Below, piece by piece: positions 25,501 through 40,973 of a stretch of 64,000 bases of DNA. Both the position numbers and the translations under genes were made by a program. Each line of letters begins with the position of its first letter. The stretch's first letter is position 1. Location: contig OZ024747.1 of assembly GCA_964016885.1 (NCBI GenBank), forward strand, positions 35,154,001 through 35,218,000, in the 5' to 3' direction. Under the pieces are notes generated by a model, which saw only the letters and a list, made by a program, of their open reading frames with translations, did no database searches and had not been told where the DNA came from. The stretch is from Eledone cirrhosa (taxonomy: Eukaryota).

Positions 25501-28500
25501 GTCTTTGCTCCAGTATCAATCTTACTGCAACACAAATAAACTAATGTCTTTACTCCAGTATCACTGTTACTGCAACACAAATAAACTAATGTCTTTACTC
25601 CAGTATCACTATTACTGCAACACAAATAAACTAATGTCTTTGCTCCAGTATCAATCTTACTGCAACACAAATAAACTAATGTCTTTACTCCAGTATCACT
25701 GTTATTGCAACACAAATAAACTAATGTCTTTACTCCAGTATCACTGTGACTGCAACACAAATAATCTAATGTCGTTACTCCAGTATCACTGTTACTGCAA
25801 CACAAATAAACTAATGTCTTTACTCCAGTATCACTATTACTGCAACACAAATAAACTAATGTCTTTACTCCAGTATCACTGTGACTGCAACACAAATAAT
25901 CTAATGTCGTTACTCCAGTATCACTGTTACTGCAACACAAATAAACTAATGTCTTTGCTCCAGTATCACTATTACTGCAACACAAATAAACTAATGTCTT
26001 TGCTCCAGTATCAATCTTACTGCAACACAAATAAACTAATGTCTTTACTCCAGTATCACTATTACTGCAACACAAATAAACTAATGGCTTTGCTCTAGTA
26101 TCACTGTTACTGCAACACAAATAAACTAATGTCTTTGCTCCAGTATCATTATTACTGCAACACAAATAAACTAATGTCTTTACTCCAGTATCACTATTAC
26201 TGCAACACAAATAAACTAATGGCTTTGCTCTAGTATCACTGTTACTGCAACACAAATAAGCTAATGTCTTTGCTCCAGTATCATTATTACTGCAACACAA
26301 ATAAACTAATGTCTTTACTCCAGTATCACTGTTACTGCAACACAAATAAACTAATGTATTTACTCCAGTATCACTGTTACTGCAACACAAATAATCTAAT
26401 GTCGTTACTCCAGTATCACTGTTACTGCAACACAAATAAACTAATGTCTTTGCTCCAGTATCACTATTACTGCAACACAAATAAGCTAATGTCTTTGCTC
26501 CAGTATCAATCTTACTGCAACACAAATAAACTAATGTCTTTACTCCAGTATCACTATTACTGCAACACAAATAAACTAATGGCTTTGCTCTAGTATCACT
26601 GTTACTGCAACACAAATAAACTAATGTCTTTGCTCCAGTATCATTATTACTGCAACACAAATAAACTAATGTCTTTACTCCAGTATCACTATTACTGCAA
26701 CACAAATAAACTAATGGCTTTGCTCTAGTATCACTGTTACTGCAACACAAATAAACTAATGTCTTTGCTCCAGTATCATTATTACTGCAACACAAATAAA
26801 CTAATGTCTTTACTCCAGTATCACTATTACTGCAACACAAATAAACTAATGGCTTTGCTCTAGTATCACTGTTACTGCAACACAAATAAACTAATGTCTT
26901 TGCTCCAGTATCATTATTACTGCAACACAAATAAACTAATGTCTTTACTCCAGTATCACTGTTACTGCAACACAAATAAACTAATGTATTTACTCCAGTA
27001 TCACTGTTACTGCAACACAAATAAACTAATGTCTTTGCTCCAGTATCACTATTACTGCAACACAAATAAACTAATGTCTTTGCTCCAGTATCAATCTTAC
27101 TGCAACACAAATAAACTAATGTCTTTACCCCAGTATCACTGTTACTGCAACACAAATAAACTAATGTCTTTACTCCAGTATCACTATTACTGCAACACAA
27201 ATAAACTAATGTCTTTGCTCCAATATCAATCTTACTGCAACACAAATAAACTAATGTCTTTACTCCAGTATCACTGTTATTGCAACACAAATAAACTAAT
27301 GTCTTTACTCCAGTATCACTGTGACTGCAACACAAATAATCTAATGTCGTTACTCCAGTATCACTGTTACTGCAACACAAATAAACTAATGTCTTTACTC
27401 CAGTATCACTATTACTGCAACACAAATAAACTAATGTCTTTACTCCAGTATCACTGTGACTGCAATACAAATAATCTAATGTCGTTACTCCAGTATCACT
27501 GTTACTGCAACACAAATAAACTAATGTCTTTACTCCAGTATCACTATTACTGCAACACAAATAAACTAATGTCTTTGCTCCAGTATCACTGTTACTGCAA
27601 CACAAATAAACTAATGTCTGTACTCCAGTATCACTGTTAGTGCAACACAAATAAACTAATGTCTTTATTCCAGTATCACTGTTACTGCAACACAAATAAA
27701 CTAATGTCATTGCTCCAGTATCACTGTTACTGCAACACAAATAAACTAATGTCTTTACTCCAGTATCACTATTACTGCAACACAAATAAACTAATGTCTT
27801 TACTCCAGTATCACTATTACTGCAACACAAATAAACTAATGTCTTTGCTCCAGTATCACTGTTACTGCAACACAAATAAACTAATGTCTGTACTCCAGTA
27901 TCACTGTTAGTGCAACACAAATAAACTAATGTCATTGCTCCAGTATCACTGTTACTGCAACACAAATAAACTAATGTCTTTGCTCCAGTATCACTGTTAC
28001 TGCTATACAAATAAACTAAGGTCTTTGCTCCAGTATCACTGTTACTGCAACACCAATTAACTAATGTCTTTACTCCAGTATCACTATTACTGCAACACAA
28101 ATAAACTAATGGCTTTACTCCAGTATCACTATTACTAAAACACAAATAAACTAATGGCTTATACTCCAGTATCACTATTACTGCAACACAAATAAACTAA
28201 TGTCTTTACTCCAGTATCACTATTACTGCAACACAAATAAACTAATGTCTATGCTCCAGTATCACTATTACTGCAACACAAATAAACTAATCTCTTTGCT
28301 CCAGTATCACTATTACTGCAACACAAATAAACTAATGTCTTTGCTCCAGTATCACTATTACTGCAACACAAATAAACTAATGTCTTTGCTCCAGTATCAC
28401 TATTACTGCAACACAAATAAACTAATGGCTTTACTCCAGTATCACTATTACTGCAACACAAATAAACTAATGTCTTTACTCCAGTATCACTGTTACTGCA

Positions 28501-30899
28501 ACACAAATAAACTAATGTCTTTGCTCCAGTACCACTATTACTGCAACACAAATAAACTAATGTCTTTGCTCCAGTATCACTATTAGTGCAACACAAATAA
28601 ACTAATGTCTTTACTCCAGCATCACTGTTACTGCAACACAAATAAACTAATGTCTTTACTCCAGCATCACTGTTACTGCAACACAAATAAACTAATGTCT
28701 TTGCTCCAGTATCACTATTACTGCAACACAAATAAACTAATGTCTTTGCTCCAGTATCACTATTAGTGCAACACCAATAAACTAATGTCTTTACTCCAGT
28801 ATCACTATTACTGCAACACAAATAAACTAATGTCTTTACTCCAGTATCACTATTACTGCAACACAAATAAACTAAGGTCTTTACTCCAGTATCACTGTTA
28901 CTGTAACACAAATAAACTAATGTATTTACTCCAGTATCACTGTTACTGCAACACAAATAAACTAATGTCTTTACTCCAGTATCACTGTTACTGCAACACA
29001 AATAAACTAATGTCTTTTCTCTAGTATCACTGTTACTGCAACACAAATAAACTAATGGCTTTGCTCCAGTATCACTGTTACTGCAACAAAAATAAACTAA
29101 GGTCTTTACTCCAGTATCACTGTTACTGCAACACAAATATACTAATGGCTTTACTCCAGTATCACTATTACTGCAACACAAATAAACTAAGGTCTTTACT
29201 CCAGTATCACTGTTACTGCGACACAAATAAACTAATGTCTTTACTCCAGTATCACTGTTACTGCAACACAAATAAACTAATGTCTTTACTCCAGTATCAC
29301 TGTTACTGCAACACAAATAGACTAATGTCTTTACTCCAGTATCACTGTTACTGCAACACAAATAAACTAATGTCTTTACTCCAGTATCACTGTTACTGCA
29401 ACACAAATAAACTAATGTCTTTGCTCCAGTATCACTGTTACTGCAACACAAATAAACTAATGTCTTTACTCCAGTATCACTGTTACTGCAACACAAATAA
29501 ACTAATGTCTTTACTCCAGTATCACTGTTACTGCAACACAAATAAACTAATGTCTTTACTCCAGTATCACTGTTACTGCAACACAAATAAACTAATGTCT
29601 TTACTCCAGTATCACTGTTACTGCAACACATATAAATTAATGTCTTTACTCCAGTATCACTGTTACTGCAACACAAATAAACTAATGTCTTTTCTCCAGT
29701 ATCACTGTTACTGCAACACAAATAATCTAATGTCTTTGCTCCAGTATCACTGTTACTGCAACACAAATAATCTAATGTCTTTGCTCCAGTATCACTGTTA
29801 CGGCAACACAAATAAACTAATGTCTTTGCTCCAGTATCACTGTTACTGCAACACAAATAATCTAATGTCTTTGCTCCAGTATCACTGTTACTGCAACACA
29901 AATAAACCAATGGCTTTACTCCAGTATCACTGTTACTGCAACACAAATAAACTAATGGCTTTACTCCAGTATCACTGTTACTGCAACACAAATAAACTAA
30001 TGTCTTTACTCCAGTATCACTGTTACTGAAACACAAATAAACTAATGGCTTTACTCCACTATCACTGTTACTGCAACACAAATAAACTAATGGCTTTACT
30101 CCAGTATCACTGTTACTGCAACACAAATAAACTAATGGCTTTACTCCAGTATCACTGTTACTGCAACACAAATAAACTAATGGCTTTGCTCCAGTATCAC
30201 TGTTACTGCAACACAAACAAACTAATGGCTTTGCTCCAGTATCACTGTTACTGCAACACAAATAAACTAATGGCTTTGCTCCAGTATCACTGTTACTGCA
30301 ACACAGATAAACTAATGGCTTTGCCCCAGTATCACTGTTACTGCAACACAAATAAACTAATGTCTTTACTCCAGTATCACTGTTACTGCAACACAAATAA
30401 ACTAATGGCTTTACTCCAGTATCACTGTTACTGCAACACAAATAAACTAATGGCTTTGCTCCAGTATCACTGTTACTGCAACACAAATAAACTAATGTCT
30501 TTACTCCAGTATCACTGTTACTGAAACACAAATAAACCAATGGCTTTGCTCCAGTATCACTGTTACTGCAACACAAATGAACTAATGTCTTTGCTCCAGT
30601 ATCACTATTACTGCAACACAAATAAACTAATGTCTTTGCTCCAGTATCACTGTTACTGCAACACAAATGAACTAATGTCTTTGCTCCAGTATCACTATTA
30701 CTGCAACACAAATAAACTAATGGCTTTACTCCAGTATCACTATTACTAAAACACAAATAAACTAATGGCTTTACTCCAGTATCACTATTACTGCAACACA
30801 AATAAACTAATGGCTTTGCTCCAGTATCACTGTTACTGCAACAAAAATAAACTAAGGTCTTTACTGCAGTATCACTGTTACTGCAACACAAATAAACTA

Positions 30900-33800
30900 A
30901 TGTCTTTACTCCAGTATCACTATTACTGCAACACAAATAAACTAAGGTCTTTACTCCAGTGTCACTGTTACTGCAACACAAATAAACTAATGTCTTTACT
31001 CCAGTATCACTGTTACTGCAACACAAATAAACTAATGTCTTTACTCCAGTATCACTGTTACTGCAACACAAATAAACTAATGTCTTTACTCCAGTATCAC
31101 TGTTACTGCAACACAAATATACTAATGTCTTTACTCCAGTATCACTGTTACTGCTACACAAATAAACTAATGTCTTTACTCCAGTATCACAGTTTCTGCA
31201 GCACAAATAAACTAATGTCTTTGCTCCAGTATCACTGTTACTGCAACACAAATAAACTAATGTCTTTACTCCAGTATCACTGTTACTGCAACACAAATAA
31301 ACTAATGTCTTTACTCCAGTATCACTGTTACTGCAACACAAATAAACTAATGTCTTTACTCCAGTATCACTGTTACTGCAACACAAATAAACTAATGTAT
31401 TTACTCCAGTATCACTGTTACTGCAACACAAATAAACTAATGTCTTTTCTCCAGTATCACTGTTACTGCAACACAAATAATCTAATGTCTTTGCTCCAGT
31501 ATCACTGTTACTGCAACACAAATAATCTAATGTCTTTGCTCCAGTATCACTGTTACTGCAACACAAATAAACTAATGTCTTTTCTCCAGTATCACTATTA
31601 CTGCAACACAAATAATCTAATGTCTTTGCTCCAGTATCACTGTTACTGCAACACAAATAATCTAATGTCTTTGCTCCAGTATCACTGTTACTGCAACACA
31701 AATAAACTAATGTCTTTACTCCAGTATCACTGTTACTGCAACACATATAAATTAATGTCTTTACTCCAGTATCACTGTTACTGCAACACAAATAATCTAA
31801 TCTCTTTGCTCCAGTATCACTGTTACTGCAACACAAATAAACTAATGGCTTTACTCCAGTATCACTGTTACTGCAACACAAATAAACTAATGACTTTACT
31901 CCAGTATCACTGTTACTGCAACACAAATTAACTAATGTCTTTACTCCAGTATCACTGTTACTGAAACACAAATAAACTAATGGCTTTACTCCAGTATCAC
32001 TGTTACTGCAACACAAATAAACTAATGGCTTTGCTCCAGTATCACTGTTACTGCAACACAAATAAACTAATGGCTTTGCTCCAGTATCACTGTTACTGCA
32101 ACACAAATAAACTAATGGCTTTGCTCCAGTATCACTGTTACTGCAACACAAATAAACTAATGGCTTTGCCCCAGTATCACTGTTACTGCAACACAAATAA
32201 ACTAATGTCTTTACTCCAGTATCACTGTTACTGCAACACAAATAAACTAATGGCTTTACTCCAGTATCACTGTTACTGCAACACAAATAAACTGATGGCT
32301 TTGCTCCAGTATCACTGTTACTGCAACACAAATAAACTAATGGCTTTGCTCTAGTATCACTGTTACTGCAACACAATTAAACTAATGTCTTTACTCCAGT
32401 ATCACTGTTACTGCAACACAAATAAACTAATGTCTGTACTACAGTATCACTGTTACTGCAACACAATAAACTAATGTCTTTACTCCAGTATCACTGTTAC
32501 TGCAACACAAATAAACTAATGTCTTTACTCCAGTATCACTGTTACTGCAACACAAATAAACTAATGTCTTTACTCCAGTATCACTGTTACTGCAACACAA
32601 ATAAACTAATGTCTTTGCTCCAGTATCACTGTTACTGCAACACAAATAAACTAATGTCTTTACTCCAGTATCACTGTTACTGCAACACAAATAAACTAAT
32701 GGCTTTGCTCTAGTATCACTGTTACTGCAACACAAATAAACTAATGTCTTTACTCCAGTATCACTATTACTGCAACACAAATAAACTAAGGTCTTTACTC
32801 CAGTATCACTGTTACTGCAACACAAATAAACTAATGTCTTTACTCCAGTATCACTGTTACTGCAACACAAATAAACTAATGTCTTTACTCCAGTATCACT
32901 GTTACTGCAACACAAATAAACTAATGTCTTTACTCCAGTATCACTGTTACTGCAACACAAATATACTAATGTCTTTACTCCAGTATCACTGTTACTGCTA
33001 CACAAATAAACTAATGTCTTTACTCCAGTATCACAGTTTCTGCAGCACAAATAAACTAATGTCTTTGCTCCAGTATCACTGTTACTGCAACACAAATAAA
33101 CTAATGTCTTTACTCCAGTATCACTGTTACTGCAACACAAATAAACTAATGTCTTTACTCCAGTATCACTGTTACTGCAACACAAATAAACTAATGTCTT
33201 TACTCCAGTATCACTGTTACTGCAACACAAATAAACTAATGTATTTACTCCAGTATCACTGTTACTGCAACACAAATAAACTAATGTCTTTTCTCCAGTA
33301 TCACTGTTACTGCAACACAAATAATCTAATGTCTTTGCTCCAGTATCACTGTTACTGCAACACAAATAATCTAATGTCTTTGCTCCAGTATCACTGTTAC
33401 TGCAACACAAATAAACTAATGTCTTTTCTCCAGTATCACTATTACTGCAACACAAATAATCTAATGTCTTTGCTCCAGTATCACTGTTACTGCAACACAA
33501 ATAATCTAATGTCTTTGCTCCAGTATCACTGTTACTGCAACACAAATAAACTAATGTCTTTACTCCAGTATCACTGTTACTGCAACACATATAAATTAAT
33601 GTCTTTACTCCAGTATCACTGTTACTGCAACACAAATAATCTAATCTCTTTGCTCCAGTATCACTGTTACTGCAACACAAATAAACTAATGACTTTACTC
33701 CAGTATCACTGTTACTGCAACACAAATTAACTAATGTCTTTACTCCAGTATCACTGTTACTGAAACACAAATAAACTAATGGCTTTACTCCAGTATCACT

Positions 33801-34542
33801 GTTACTGCAACACAAATAAACTAATGGCTTTGCTCCAGTATCACTGTTACTGCAACACAAATAAACTAATGGCTTTGCTCCAGTATCACTGTTACTGCAA
33901 CACAAATAAACTAATGGCTTTGCTCCAGTATCACTGTTACTGCAACACAAATAAACTAATGGCTTTGCCCCAGTATCACTGTTACTGCAACACAAATAAA
34001 CTAATGTCTTTACTCCAGTATCACTGTTACTGCAACACAAATAAACTAATGGCTTTACTCCAGTATCACTGTTACTGCAACACAAATAAACTAATGGCTT
34101 TGCTCCAGTATCACTGTTACTGCAACACAAATAAACTAATGGCTTTGCTCTAGTATCACTGTTACTGCAACACAATTAAACTAATGTCTTTACTCCAGTA
34201 TCACTGTTACTGCAACACAAATAAACTAATGTCTGTACTACAGTATCACTGTTACTGCAACACAATAAACTAATGTCTTTACTCCAGTATCACTGTTACT
34301 GCAACACAAATAAACTAATGTCTTTACTCCAGTATCACTGTTACTGCAACACAAATAAACTAATGTCTTTACTCCAGTATCACTGTTACTGCAACACAAA
34401 TAAACTAATGTCTTTGCTCCAGTATCACTGTTACTGCAACACAAATAAACTAATGTCTTTACTCCAGTATCACTGTTACTGCAACACAAATAAACTAATG
34501 GCTTTGCTCTAGTATCACTGTTACTGCAACACAAATACACTA
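30900..34542. repeat. Tandem block duplication, 1844 bp + 1799 bp (second copy lacks one monomer)
   Basis: Marker offset is 1844 early (31155/32999) and 1799 later (31931/33730, 32474/34273); the ggcttta monomer at ~31845 is absent from copy 2. Confidence 0.85.
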
Positions 34543-36566
34543 ATGTCTTTACTCCAGTATCACTGTTACTGCAACACAAATAAACTAATGTCATTGCTCC
34601 AGTATCACTGTTACTGCAACACAAATAAACTAATGTCTTTACTCCAGTATCACTGTTACTGCAACACAAATAAACTAATGTCTTTGCTCCAGTATCACTC
34701 TTACTGTAAGACAAATGAACTAAGGTCTTTGCTCCAGTATCACTGTTACTGCAACACAAATAAACTAATGTCTTTGCTCCAGTATCACTGTTACTGCAAC
34801 ACAAATAAACTAATGTCTTTACTCCAGTATCACTGTTACTGCAACACAAATAAACTAATGTCTTTGCTCCAGTATCACTCTTACTGCAAGACAAATGAAC
34901 TAAGGTCTTTGCTCCAGTATCACTATTACTGCAACACAAATAATCTAATGTCTTTGCTCCAGTATCACTGTTACTGCAACACAAATAATCTAATGTCTTT
35001 GCTCCAGTATCACTGTTACTGCAACACAAATAAACTAATGTCTTTACTCCAGTATCACTGTTACTGCAACACATATAAATTAATGTCTTTACTCCAGTAT
35101 CACTGTTACTGCAACACAAATAATCTAATCTCTTTGCTCCAGTATCACTGTTACTGCAACACAAATAAACTAATGGCTTTACTCCAGTATCACTGTTACT
35201 GCAACACAAATAAACTAATGACTTTACTCCAGTATCACTGTTACTGCAACACAAATTAACTAATGTCTTTACTCCAGTATCACTGTTACTGAAACACAAA
35301 TAAACTAATGGCTTTACTCCAGTATCACTGTTACTGCAACACAAATAAACTAATGGCTTTGCTCCAGTATCACTGTTACTGCAACACAAATAAACTAATG
35401 GCTTTGCTCCAGTATCACTGTTACTGCAACACAAATAAACTAATGGCTTTGCTCCAGTATCACTGTTACTGCAACACAAATAAACTAATGGCTTTGCCCC
35501 AGTATCACTGTTACTGCAACACAAATAAACTAATGTCTTTACTCCAGTATCACTGTTACTGCAACACAAATAAACTAATGGCTTTACTCCAGTATCACTG
35601 TTACTGCAACACAAATAAACTAATGGCTTTGCTCCAGTATCACTGTTACTGCAACACAAATAAACTAATGGCTTTGCTCTAGTATCACTGTTACTGCAAC
35701 ACAATTAAACTAATGTCTTTACTCCAGTATCACTGTTACTGCAACACAAATAAACTAATGTCTTTACTCCAGTATCACTGTTACTGCAACACAAATAAAC
35801 TAATGTCTTTACTCCAGTATCACTGTTACTGCAACACAAATAAACTAATGTCTTTACTCCAGTATCACTGTTACTGCAACACAAATAAACTAATGTCTTT
35901 GCTCCAGTATCACTGTTACTGCAACACAAATAAACTAATGTCTTTACTCCAGTATCACTGTTACTGCAACACAAATAAACTAATGTCTTTACTCCAGTAT
36001 CACTGTTACTGCAACACAAATAAACTAATGTCTTTACTCCAGTATCACTGTTACTGCAACACAAATAAACTAATGTATTTACTCCAGTATCACTGTTACT
36101 GCAACACAAATAAACTAATGTCTTTTCTCCAGTATCACTGTTACTGCAACACAAATAATCTAATGCTTTGCTCCAGTATCACTGTTACTGCAACACAAAT
36201 AATCTAATGTCTTTGCTCCAGTATCACTGTTACTGCAACACAAATAAACTAATGTCTTTTCTCCAGTATCACTATTACTGCAACACAAATAATCTAATGT
36301 CTTTGCTCCAGTATCACTGTTACTGCAACACAAATAATCTAATGTCTTTGCTCCAGTATCACTGTTACTGCAACACAAATAAACTAATGTCTTTACTCCA
36401 GTATCACTGTTACTGCAACACAAATAAACTAATGTCTTTACTCCAGTATCACTGTTACTGCAACACATATAAATTAATGTCTTTACTCCAGTATCACTGT
36501 TACTGCAACACAAATAATCTAATCTCTTTTCTCCAGTATCACTGTTACTGCAACACAAATAAACTA

Positions 36567-39500
36567 ATGGCTTTACTCCAGTATCACTGTTACTGCAACA
36601 CAAATAAACTAATGACTTTACTCCAGTATCACTGTTACTGCAACACAAATTAACTAATGTCTTTACTCCAGTATCACTGTCACTGAAACACAAATAAACT
36701 AATGGCTTTACTCCAGTATCACTGTTACTGCAACACAAATAAACTAATGGCTTTGCTCCAGTATCACTGTTACTGCAACACAAATAAACTAATGGCTTTG
36801 CTCCAGTATCACTGTTACTGCAACACAAATAAACTAATGGCTTTGCTCCAGTATCACCTGTTACTGCAACACAAATAAACTAATGGCTTTGCCCCAGTAT
36901 CACTGTTACTGCAACACAAATAAACTAATGTCTTTACTCCAGTATCACTGTTACTGCAACACAAATAAACTAATGGCTTTACTCCAGTATCACTGTTACT
37001 GCAACACAAATAAACTAATGGCTTTGCTCCAGTATCACTGTTACTGCAACACAAATAAACTAATGGCTTTGCTCTAGTATCACTGTTACTGCAACACAAT
37101 TAAACTAATGTCTTTACTCCAGTATCACTGTTACTGCAACACAAATAAACTAATGTCTGTACTACAGTATCACTGTTACTGCAACACAATAAACTAATGT
37201 CTTTACTCCAGTATCACTGTTACTGCAACACAAATAAACTAATGTCTTTACTCCAGTATCAATGTTACTGCAACACAAATAAACTAATGTCTTTACTCCA
37301 GTATCACTGTTACTGCAACACAAATAAACTAATGTCTTTGCTCCAGTATCACTGTTACTGCAACACAAATAAACTAATGTCTTTACTCCAGTATCACTGT
37401 TACTGCAACACAAATAAACTAATGGCTTTGCTCTAGTATCACTGTTACTGCAACACAAATAAACTAATGTCTTTACTCCAGTATCACTGTTACTGCAACA
37501 CAAATAAACTAATGTCATTGCTCCAGTATCACTGTTACTGCAACACAAATAAACTAATGTCTTTACTCCAGTATCACTGGTACTGCAACACAAATAAACT
37601 AATGTCTTTGCTCCAGTATCACTCTTACTGCAAGACAAATGAACTAAGGTCTTTGCTCCAGTATCACTGTTACTGCAACACAAATAAACTAATGTCTTTG
37701 CTCCAGTATCACTGTTACTGCAACACAAATAAACTAATGTCTTTACTCCAGTATCACTGTTACTGCAACACAAATAAACTAATGTCTTTGCTCCAGTATC
37801 ACTCTTACTGCAAGACAAATGAACTAAGGTCTTTGCTCCAGTATCACTGTTACTGCAACACAAATAAACTAATGTCTTTGCTCCAGTATCACTATTACTG
37901 CAACACAAATAAACTAATGTCTTTGCTCCAGTATCACTGTTACTGCAACACAAATAAACTAATGGCTTTGCTCCAGTATCACTGTTACTGCAACACAAAT
38001 AAACTAATGGCTTTGCTCCAGTATCACTGTTACTGCAACACAAATAAACTAATGGTTTGCCCCAGTATCACTGTTACTGCAACACAAATAAACTAATGTC
38101 TTTACTCCAGTATCACTGTTACTGCAACACAAATAAACTAATGGCTTTACTCCAGTATCACTGTTACTGCAACACAAATAAACTAATGTCTTTGCTCCAG
38201 TATCACTGTTACTGCAACACAAATAAACTAATGGCTTTGCTCTAGTATCACTGTTACTGCAACACAATTAAACTAATGTCTTTACTCCAGTATCACTGTT
38301 ACTGCAACACAAATAAACTAATGTCTGTACTACAGTATCACTGTTACTGCAACACAATAAACTAATGTCTTTACTCCAGTATCACTGTTACTGCAACACA
38401 AATAAACTAATGTCTTTACTCCAGTATCACTGTTACTGCAACACAAATAAACTAATGTCTTTGCTCCAGTATCACTGTTACTGCAACACAAATAAACTAA
38501 TGTCTTTACTCCAGTATCACTGTTACTGCAACACAAATAAACTAATGGCTTTGCTCTAGTATCACTGTTACTGCAACACAAATAAACTAATGTCTTTACT
38601 CCAGTATCACAGTTACTGCAACACAAATAAACTAATGTCATTGCTCCAGTATCACTGTTACTGCAACATAAATAAACTAATGTCTTTACTCCAGTATCAC
38701 TGTTACTGCAACACAAATAAACTAATGTCTTTGCTCCAGTATCACTCTTACTGCAATACAAATGAACTAAGGTCTTTGCTGCAGTATCACTGTTACTGCA
38801 ACACAAATAAACTAATGTCTTTGCTCCAGTATCACTATTACTGCAACACAAATAAACTAATGTCTTTGCTCCAGTATCACTGTTACTGCAACACAAATAA
38901 ACTAATGGCTTTACTCCAGTATCACTGTTACTGCAACACAAATAAACTAATGACTTTACTCCAGTATCACTGTTACTGCAACACAAATTAACTAATGTCT
39001 TTACTCCAGTATCACTGTCACTGAAACACAAATAAACTAATGGCTTTACTCCAGTATCACTGTTACTGCAACACAAATAAACTAATGGCTTTGCTCCAGT
39101 ATCACTGTTACTGCAACACAAATAAACTAATGGCTTTGCTCCAGTATCACTGTTACTGCAACACAAATAAACTAATGGCTTTGCTCCAGTATCACCTGTT
39201 ACTGCAACACAAATAAACTAATGGCTTTGCCCCAGTATCACTGTTACTGCAACACAAATAAACTAATGTCTTTACTCCAGTATCACTGTTACTGCAACAC
39301 AAATAAACTAATGGCTTTACTCCAGTATCACTGTTACTGCAACACAAATAAACTAATGGCTTTGCTCCAGTATCACTGTTACTGCAACACAAATAAACTA
39401 ATGGCTTTGCTCTAGTATCACTGTTACTGCAACACAATTAAACTAATGTCTTTACTCCAGTATCACTGTTACTGCAACACAAATAAACTAATGTCTGTAC

Positions 39501-40523
39501 TACAGTATCACTGTTACTGCAACACAATAAACTAATGTCTTTACTCCAGTATCACTGTTACTGCAACACAAATAAACTAATGTCTTTACTCCAGTATCAA
39601 TGTTACTGCAACACAAATAAACTAATGTCTTTACTCCAGTATCACTGTTACTGCAACACAAATAAACTAATGTCTTTGCTCCAGTATCACTGTTACTGCA
39701 ACACAAATAAACTAATGTCTTTACTCCAGTATCACTGTTACTGCAACACAAATAAACTAATGGCTTTGCTCTAGTATCACTGTTACTGCAACACAAATAA
39801 ACTAATGTCTTTACTCCAGTATCACTGTTACTGCAACACAAATAAACTAATGTCATTGCTCCCGTATCACTGTTACTGCAACACAAATAAACTAATGTCT
39901 TTACTCCAGTATCACTGTTACTGCAACACAAATAAACTAATGTCTTTGCTCCAGTATCACTCTTACTGCAAGACAAATGAACTAAGGTCTTTGCTCCAGT
40001 ATCACTGTTACTGCAACACAAATAAACTAATGTCTTTGCTCCAGTATCACTGTTACTGCAACACAAATAAACTAATGTCTTTACTCCAGTATCACTGTTA
40101 CTGCAACACAAATAAACTAATGTCTTTGCTCCAGTATCACTCTTACTGCAAGACAAATGAACTAAGGTCTTTGCTCCAGTATCACTGTTACTGCAACACA
40201 AATAAACTAATGTCTTTGCTCCAGTATCACTATTACTGCAACACAAATAAACTAATGTCTTTGCTCCAGTATCACTGTTACTGCAACACAAATAAACTAA
40301 TGGCTTTGCTCCAGTATCACTGTTACTGCAACACAAATAAACTAATGGCTTTGCTCCAGTATCACTGTTACTGCAACACAAATAAACTAATGGTTTGCCC
40401 CAGTATCACTGTTACTGCAACACAAATAAACTAATGTCTTTACTCCAGTATCACTGTTACTGCAACACAAATAAACTAATGGCTTTACTCCAGTATCACT
40501 GTTACTGCAACACAAATAAACTA
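36567..40523. repeat. Duplicated ~1.6-kb block at offset 2338 bp (36567-38185 / 38905-40523)
   Basis: Shared 1-bp insertion cacctg (~36857/~39195), ctgtcactga variant and 1-bp deletion atggtttgccc (~38055/~40393). Confidence 0.85.
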
Positions 40524-40973
40524 ATGGCTTTGCTCCAGTATCACTGTTACTGCAACACAAATAAACTAATGTCTTTACTCCAGTATCACTGTTACTGAAA
40601 CACAAATAAACTAATGGCTTTGCTCCAGTATCACTGTTACTGCAACACAAATATACTAATGTCTTTACTCCAGTATCACTGTTACTGCAACACAAATAAA
40701 CTAATGGCTTTACTCCAGTATCACTGTTACTGCAACACAAATAAACTAATGTCTTTACTCCAGTATCACTGTTACTGAAACACAAATAAACTAATGGCTT
40801 TGCTCCCTTATCACTGTTACTGCAACACAAATATACTAATGTCTTTACTCCAGTATCACTGTTACTGCAACACAAACAAACTAATGGCTTTACTCCAGTA
40901 TCACTGTTACTGCAACACAAATAAACTAATGTCTTTGCTCCAGTATCACTGTTACTGCAACACAAATAAACTA

